DNA from: the human T2T-CHM13v2.0 reference genome, Homo sapiens
Strand: one strand, 5' to 3'
Assembly: GCF_009914755.1 (NCBI RefSeq)
Contig: NC_060925.1
DNA length: 64,000 bases
How positions within the stretch are numbered: the first letter of the stretch is position 1; the number at the start of each line of letters is the position of its first letter. This document shows positions 52,757-64,000 of this stretch, piece after piece. A model generated the notes under the pieces. It was given only the letters and a program-made list of their open reading frames with translations, was not told the DNA's origin and did not search any database. The translations under genes and the position numbers were made by a program.

Positions 52757-53103
52757 TGTCTTAGTCCATTCAGGCTGCTGTAACAAAAAGCCTTAGAATG
52801 GGTAACTTAGAAATATATCACAATTCTGGAGACTGAGAAATGCAAGATCAAAGTGGCAGCAGGCTCTGTGCCCGGTGAGGGCCTGTTCCTTATAGGCAGT
52901 GCCTTCTTGCTGCATCCTCACAGTGCGGAAGAGGCAAACAAGCTTCCTTGTGCCTCTTTGATAAATGCACTAATCTAAACCATGAGGGCTCTACCCTCAT
53001 GACCTAATCACCTCCTAAAAGACCCATCTCTTGATACTGTTACATTTGGTATTAGGTTTCAACTCATGAATTTGCTAGGGACACAAATTTTCAGACCATA
53101 GCA
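52757..53103 (-). mobile_element. MSTD/MLT1A-like solo LTR
   Basis: TGTCTTAGTCC...CAGACCATAGCA termini; near-TSD tatat/catat. Confidence 0.85.
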
Positions 53104-53435
53104 CATATTTAAACATTTAAGCATTGCAATGTTTTCTTCTCCCACAGTACTTACTCTCCAAAATGAATTCTTCTCTTTCTTTTCACATTACTACTCTGTA
53201 TACCACTCCAATCAAATCCCCCCATCTCACAGTATAGACCATTTGACTCAAGTTGGCTTTGGATATCAAGTCAGAAGCACTGAGGTCAAGAATATTTTAT
53301 TACACTGGGGAATAAGGCCTCATTTCATCCCCTCTGCTGTGTTGAGATGAACTGTTCAGACTGTTTATTGATATTTACTTAATGATAAATAGAAATTGCA
53401 TATATTTACTGTGTACAACATAATGTTTTGAAATG

Positions 53436-56590
<3,155 letters not shown>

Positions 56591-57619
56591 AAATCTATTG
56601 TCTTGTCAAGAATATGTCTTAATTGTAGGTCAAAATAAACTCCTACACGGCCCTTTTGGAACATTTTATGCTTTACAAATTAAAATTTCTGCTAAGTAAA
56701 TGAGTATGTATCAGTGATTGTATGTTATTCATTCATCTCATTTATTTTGGGCAGAATGATGAGAAATTATTTCTACATACTTTTGCTTTTTATTTTGTAA
56801 TGCTTTTGTTTTTCTTGTTAACTTGGGAAAGAGAGCAGTTAAGTGGAAAAGATTTGGCATTGCCTCATTCAGATGCTCCAATATTTAAGCAATAATGTAT
56901 CTAGGGAATACAATATTATTTATTATTTTAAGGTACCATTATCTATAAAGACTCTAACACTGGTTTTTGGAAATTTCCTCACTAAAACATACTTAAAAAG
57001 AAGCCCAATCCTGAAGCACTCAAGGCTGAGACTTTTTTGTGTGCTAGGAATATAGTTTACAGTAACTTCTGATTCAGGATTTAGAAAAGGGTAGTCTCAT
57101 GGACCATGTGCCAGACTACCTGTATTTATCAAAATCATCCACCTCTGATAGTTTCAAGATGAGCGTGTGTTTCCTGTGGGCCTTTGAAAGTGCTGAGTTG
57201 GGCTCTTTGAGTAGAGAAGGATTTTTCCTAACAGATAGCTTTGGCTATCTACATGACAGCAAAGGAACATTTTGGCAGGAAACCACACAACGCAGCAGAA
57301 TACCCTGGTTTGAACAAAATGTTTTTATGCAATGTGTTACCAGGGGAATTGGTTTTCATGTTGATATTACCGCCCACACAAATGATCCCTGGTTTATTTC
57401 CTAACCAGATGATTTTTTTCTTCCTAATATTTTACAAATACATCCTAGGTATGTTTTCTAAATAATTTACTGAACAGTTTTGATGCCTTATACTGAACCA
57501 AGAGTTTTGAGCACTGCCAGCAAGAGGTGTGCTAAAAATGCAAATTTTCTTTTAAAACTCATTTAATTTTTAAAATTATTTTTACTACAGTTATGCATAG
57601 CACAATCGTTGTATTAGGA

Positions 57620-59010
57620 AATAACACTTTTTAATTCATGTATTTCTAATTTCATTCAACACAATTTTATAAGCTCCAACTATGCACAGGGATCTGCACA
57701 ATCAGCAACACACTGATCTTGTTTAGTAAAAGAGATTTTTAATGCAAGGTTAGACAAGAAAAATATGGGTAAAATACCACGGTAGCTGATTGGAGGAAGA
57801 GATTACTTCTCATGAAGAGGGGCAAGAGAATCATTACAGAAACTGTAGCATTTGAGTGGGATTTTAAAGTAAATTCTATTTACTTCTTTGTTTGCTCATT
57901 AAAAAAAATTATGTAGTATAGTAAACAGTTTTATTAAGATAGCAGACTCTATATTTAAACCGTGGATTTATACTCTAAGTTTACTAATTAATTAACAGTT
58001 TTTGAGTTTAGACAACTCATGTAATTCACTTCCCTTACTTGTAAAATGAAGGTAAAAATAGTTCCTTTTACACAAGGTTCTTGGGAAGATGTATATCCTA
58101 TTTACATGTGTATTCAGGAAATAGCATAGCAAAGTATAAAGGGCACAGACTTTGGAACCAGAAAATACTGTATTTGAATTATAAAGCTATCCTTTACCAT
58201 GTAGCTACTGACAAACATTTAAACTGTTTCATCTTTTAAGTGATTCTTACTTCCATACATCGTTGCAAGGAGTAAATACTAGGTATAGTCCCTTAAAGAA
58301 CAGGCAGAAAGTCAATGCTACATAATAAGAGATTGCACTGGAGACAGACAATGGGACTACATGTCACAGGACCTCAAAATCCAGGCAACATAAAGTGGTC
58401 TAACTCTATAGACCAGAGTTGACAAGCCGGCAGCTTGCTTTTCATATTCTGTCAGAACTGTGTGAGAACAGCAGATACAAATATTTTGTTTGGCCACACA
58501 GTGTCTTAAAAGTTAGAAAATTTAGTATATTTTTTCATCAAACATTAAAAAACCCATATTTCAATATGAAAAATATGAAAACAATCAGCTATACCTAAGT
58601 GCCTTCTAAATCTTATCTGGAGCCTACGCATGCCACAATCTCTAGCACTCCTGATTGTCTTATTCTATTCACTTTACTTATTTTATTACCGACCTGGCCT
58701 TTTTAGGAACTTGAGTGTGCAACATTTCCAGACAATAGACCACAACTGTTTTGTTTTGTTTTGTTTTAACAGAGAACGGTTTGCACAGATATTTTCAGGA
58801 GTATTACACCTTTGTAATTTGCAGATTTCAATTAGAAAAAGACAAGACTGGAGGCAAGTGAACACAAGGTTTTTAGTAATACAGATGAGAGGTAAGTAGG
58901 TTTGAAGTTAATGCAGAAATGGCCAGGAAAAAAAAAAAAAGCTGATGTGAATGTTATTCCAAAGGAATAATCAGAAGGAATTTGCTAACTGACTGGAAAA
59001 AATGGACAAA
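57620..59010. mobile_element. Mosaic of old L2 (antisense) and MIR fragments
   Basis: L2 tail 'ttcattcaacac' at 57651. MIR cores at 57930-58090 and 58125-58280. L2-like 'caagactggaggcaagtga..gtaatacagatgagagg' at 58840-58900. Confidence 0.5.
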
Positions 59011-60399
59011 GAGGAAAAAAAAGAGAAAGAATGGTAAAACTAAAGAATGGAAAACGCTTGTAATAGAAATAGGACAAACCAAAATATGTCTAGAGATCAC
59101 AGAGATTTCAATGTGTGGTATAACGAATTTGGACATTTAAAGTTAAAGAAATTTCTAATAGTCATGAATCATGGGGAAAATCCATGTTGACCCTCAGAAA
59201 TATTTGCAGGCTCTAATCAGTGACAATAAACTGTGAATTTTCAGGGAAAGGATTGGAATATTATATTCTTATATCTATTTGTGTAATTTCAGAGCTTGGT
59301 AAAGAGTATGCCCTCAGTGTTTATTGAATTAAATTACACGGAATATGCATAATTTTTATCAATCTTGAGAATGTTGGTATATTTTTACAGATGCTACTCA
59401 TAATTTGCTACAATTAAAAGGTAATAATTTGCCATTTTCAAATATACAGCATAATAAATTTTCAGATACAACTGTGTTCTTGTTATTCCACGTAAAGAGA
59501 TGACATATAGGATTTAATGTGACATTGCTTAATAATTATGCGATTTATAAGCTATGTTTAGAAGTCCATTAAAATATATATGTTAGTGTTGATATTTTTA
59601 CAAAGACAATTGTGTCCAGTATAATTGAGCAGAATTCTTCCAAACCGTGCCTTTGTCTTGAAAAATGCCATGAGCTATGTAGCACACTAGGGATTTGCTT
59701 CATTCAGAGTAGTTAAAAAAAAGGCAGAAATTAGATACTCTCACTAGAGAAAATTGAGGCTGACTGAATGTATATTGATTCTTTTTAATTCATCCTTCTG
59801 TGCCTATGAATTTACAGGCTTTCTGTCCACAATAGACAGATCCAGAAAGGGTCAAGAGACAGTAGAAGAAAGCAGCCATAAAGTTTTTGTTATCATAAAG
59901 TTTCTGACATTTATTTACAAAATTTTCAAAAGTTGTGCTGTTATTTGGACAGGATTACATTTATAAAGCGGTTCTCACTTTGGTTATTAGCATTGCTAGA
60001 CGTCTGTTTTAATATGAATGTGTTTAGTTCAGAGCAAAATGGATCAATTATGAAATGTGCAAAACAAATTATTAGGCTTGAGTTGAAACTGGTCGTTTTA
60101 AACCCTCAGCACAAAGAGCAGAATAATTTCCAGGTGAAATGTTGTTGATTCTGTATTCTTGTTTGTTGAGGATTTGATTTTTATTAAGCATGTTGCATTA
60201 AAAAAGTTAATTTAATGTCATGTATATTTACTTTTACACATTTTGTTCATTTTGCTTTGCCCTATACCTTGTCAACCAGGCAAACCTATGTTCTCTTCGA
60301 AACTTTCCTTAAATCCTCTTCCATCAAAATATTTTTGGTACCTTTTACATACTTCTATTTCTACATTTAGAACACTGACTGCAAATTGCTCCCCCTGTG

Positions 60400-60550
60400 A
60401 GCTCTCAAATTACTTCCCCTAACTATGTGCTCTTATACTTCGGGCCCAAATTATATTAATTTCTATATATTCTCAGAATATAGTACAGTGCCTAAAATAT
60501 AGTAGGTCCTCAATAAATAAATTTTAAGCAAATTAGTGAGTAAATGAAAA
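60400..60550 (+). mobile_element. L2 3' end
   Basis: 'agtacagtgcctaaaatatagtaggtcctcaataaata'. Confidence 0.65.
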
Positions 60551-60671
60551 TACATTTTTGTACCCCACATCTAATACAGCACCTGATATTTAGAAGATAT
60601 TTTTTAAAAAAACAGATTGAACTCAATACTGTAAATCAATTGGTCAGTCAAAAGGTGATGATAATTATAAT

Positions 60672-61062
60672 CGTATTAGTCCACTCTGATGCTGCTATGA
60701 AGAAATATTCGTGACTGGGTAAGTTATAAATAAAAGAGGTTGAATTGACCCACAGTTCCACACTGCTGGTGGTGGGGGCGACCTCAGGAAAGTTACAATC
60801 ATGGAGGAAGGCAAAGGAGAAGAAGGCACCTTCTTCACAAGGCAGTAGGACAGAGAGAGAATCGGCGCTGAGCAAAGGGGGGAAAGTCCCTTATAAAACC
60901 ATTAGATCTTGTGAGAACTCACTCACTATCACGAGAAAAGCATGGGGGTAACCGTCCCCATGATTCAATTACCTTCCACCAGGTCCGTCCCAGGACACAT
61001 GGGGATTATGGGAACTAGAATTCAAGATGAGATTTGGGTGAGGACACAGCCAAACCATATCA
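60672..61062 (-). mobile_element. THE1D-like solo LTR
   Basis: (T>C)GTATTAGTCC...AAACCATATCA. Perfect 5-bp TSD ATAAT (60667-60671, 61063-61067). Confidence 0.92.
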
Positions 61063-63465
61063 ATAATCTTAGGTATCAAAACAATGTCCATCCACACCAA
61101 GACTCAAGCAATTGTGGGGCATTCTGTAACAGCACAAGGTCAACTATATAAGTCTCTGAGTTCACCTTTCTGTTGACCTGTGAGTTTTGATGCTTGAATT
61201 TAAGATCCTCTACACTTCTTATCCTTAAATACTCCCCAAACAGTATCACGTTTAGGCATGTAGAAGTTCTATAAATCACTTTCATTGCCCAAAGTCCTTC
61301 TAGAAAAATCTAACTCTGTTGTATATTTCCCCATAAGCAGTCTGTCAGGTCGAACTGCAACCCGTTTTATTTTCTTTCAATAAACTCAAATCCCTGACCT
61401 GCCAAGTGGTTTTCCCTGATGAACTATGAGGAAACTTCATTTTTTTTCACCAGTGAGATTATTTGGAAGACCCTTAATAATTTTTTTTCTTACAAAATGG
61501 AATAAATGAATCTGAAGTCTCCTCTCATCCTAGGAGAAAAGCAGTTGATTTATGAAGCAGAAATAGGCAACTCAACTCTGGAGGAGGCTGCCATAGCCAT
61601 TTAACTTCTAGAAGAAAAATAGGAAGTCCTTTATAGGACATGTATATTGGCATTTGGAAGATGTTGAAAAATTAATTGAAAAAGAGGTTTCATACCGAGA
61701 CCTGGAAAGTATTGAGAACAATAAGCCTATTATTTTGATTATGCTTAATTATCCTTACGGTACAGTAACCATAGCTTTGAATTATGCATTCTTAACAGTC
61801 TTAAAATTAATAATGTTCTGTTGAATTTTCATTACACTTTTCTTTTAAGGTGCTCAAAGCATTTTAGAGAATATTAATGTCATCATGAAAAAAAATCATT
61901 GTTTTAATAGATGCTTTGGGTGGCAATAAGGTAAAATTATTTCTATTAGGAAAGGTTGAATTTAGAAAAAATATATTCTGAGCACCTTATGTTGGAGTAT
62001 GTTAGAAATTTCAGACTTAAATATATAATTATGGACCGTGATTCTAGTAAGCATACATATAATTGCATTCTAATCTACAGCCATACCACACAACTCCTCT
62101 GCCTGCCCTCAAAAATGCCTTCTTACAGTTATGTGTCTCAGCATGCTTTATTTGCTATGTAGGCAACACTTCTTAATCCCATTCCCATGAGCCCTTCTGA
62201 CTGAGATTAAGAATGGGGCAGGAAAAAATGTAGATATTTATTAAGGGTCTATGTTCAAAATATGGAGGCCAAAATAATGAGTGAAAAATAGTGTCCATTT
62301 TCAAGGAGTAGATGGTCTAGTGATAAGACAGTCATCTATCCAAGTAAGTGCCCTACCAGTCGATAGATACATAAGGAAATATAAGTTTATAAGGAGCCAT
62401 CTGTACAGAATTGATAAATTATGAGAAGCAGCCTCCGTTTGAGGAGGTGCCATAAAGGAAATCTTCATGAAAGAGTGAGTTATCCTATGAGTAAGCACAT
62501 GATGGCAGATGAAGTGTTATACCATTCACTTATTTATCCATTAATTTCACCCATTTTATTTATTTATTCATTCATTTAACAAACATGTGTTCTCTATTGT
62601 GTGTCAGATACAGTGACTAGAAAGATATAATTCCTTCTTTAAAGGAATCACAGTCTAATATACCTCACAATATGGAAACAGAGAGGATTTTCACCTAACA
62701 GCTCTTGGCATAGGTAGGAGAATGTTTTGAACAGGAAGTGAAGCAATAGTGAGATAAACAGAATTCCAGCATTATTACAAATATCATCTGTCTACCCATC
62801 CATTTATTCTTTTGTCCATGTTAACATTTATTGTCTGTCATTATGCTAATTGTTGCATAAAAATACTCTACAAAACCCCAAGTTCGAGCTCAAATTTCAG
62901 CTGCTCTATGAAACATTCAGGATCTAAAGGAAACCCTTCATGCCATATGAATTATTTTCTTTTTTAACAGTGTCAACCTCACTAGGATCTGCTGGCATAT
63001 GGTTCACATTATCATGAGTTAAGTCAAGATATATATGTTTTCATGTATCGTATTTATGTTATAATAGAAGAAGCAAAGGACTTTGGTGTTCAAAGAGATG
63101 GATTTCCATTCTCATTCCTGTATTTGCAGGCCCTTTCAGCTTGGGCAGGTGTCCCAGACTTAGTTTCCTTGTATGTAAAATGAAAAGAGCAAATGATATC
63201 GCACTGAGATGACTTGCAAACAGGAAATCATAGTGAAAATGACAGTGGTTAGTGATTCTTTCCATTCAACTTCTGAGAGACTGTAAAAGTCTAATATTGC
63301 ATTTGAATACAATATAGACTTCATTGCTGTAAAAGAGAACATGAGTTTTGGGAAGAGTCCTATGTTAGAACTCAAAAGAACTACCCTGTAATCTTGGTTC
63401 CAAAACTGTTTGTTGTAATTTTCCTGAGCCACCATTTTCTCATCTGAAAAATCTGACCACAAACA

Positions 63466-63761
63466 GGCCAGGCACTGTGGCTCATGCCTGTATTCCTAGC
63501 ACTTTGGGAAGCCAAGGGAGGTAGAGTGCTTGAGCTCAGGAGTTTGAGACCAACCTGAGCAATATAGTCAAATCCTATCTCTACAAAAAATACAAAAAAA
63601 AAAAAAAAAAAAAATTAGCTGGGCTTGGTGGCACACACCTATAGTCCCAGCTACTTGAGGATCTGAAGTGGGAAGATCATTTGAGCCCAGGAAGTCAGGT
63701 TGCAGTGAGCCAAGATCACGCCACTGCACTCCAGCCTAGGTGACAAAGTGAGATCCTGTCT

Positions 63762-63793
<32 letters not shown>
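63466..63793 (+). mobile_element. AluJ inserted in a MIR
   Basis: AluJ-type 'gcttgagctcaggag','ttgagcccagga'. Expanded middle A-tract and pure A31 tail; degenerate TSD aaaatctgaccacaa/aaaattgaaccacaa. Confidence 0.93.
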
Positions 63794-63797
<4 letters not shown>

Positions 63798-64000
63798 ACC
63801 ACAATCTTCCTTGGATTCGTAAGAGAATGTATGTGAAAATGCTTCATCAGTAATAAAGCTCTACAGAAATATATGGTGCTTTTATTATCTTTTGACTGTG
63901 ATATATTAATTCTATTTAGCTTGGCTTCAACAAAATATACATTTTCTTTTTGTCTCAAATATTGTATAAATTCTATACAACCCTACAATTTCTAGAGAAT

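Overview
AT-rich, CpG-depleted mammalian genomic DNA of catarrhine-primate type, very probably human (AluJ/S/Y, L1PA, THE1, MER11). I found no protein-coding gene, RNA gene, CpG island or prokaryotic-type system. Every ORF in the track with a recognisable protein is a decayed transposon remnant (L1 ORF2, Tigger1 transposase, ERVL pol) or an Alu/LTR read-through. The window is a layered archive of mobile DNA. It holds old L2, MIR, CR1, L1M and hAT fragments, MaLR and ERVL LTRs, a complete MER11A solo LTR with a perfect 6-bp TSD, a 3.8-kb L1PA, a decayed LTR16A/HERV16 provirus with nested insertions, a full-length Tigger1 and eight Alus. The most notable structural points are: a ~125-bp ERV segment copied out of order into a MER33 (possible templated-insertion scar), a MaLR provirus whose 5' LTR is reduced to ~12 bp, several hairpins, a CATAAAT cluster, a G4/Z-DNA tract, and a few repeat-free islands with exon-like or enhancer-like signals. 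I cannot support a claim of a new biological system. Subfamily names come from recalled consensus features and were not checked by alignment; boundaries of old repeats are approximate.
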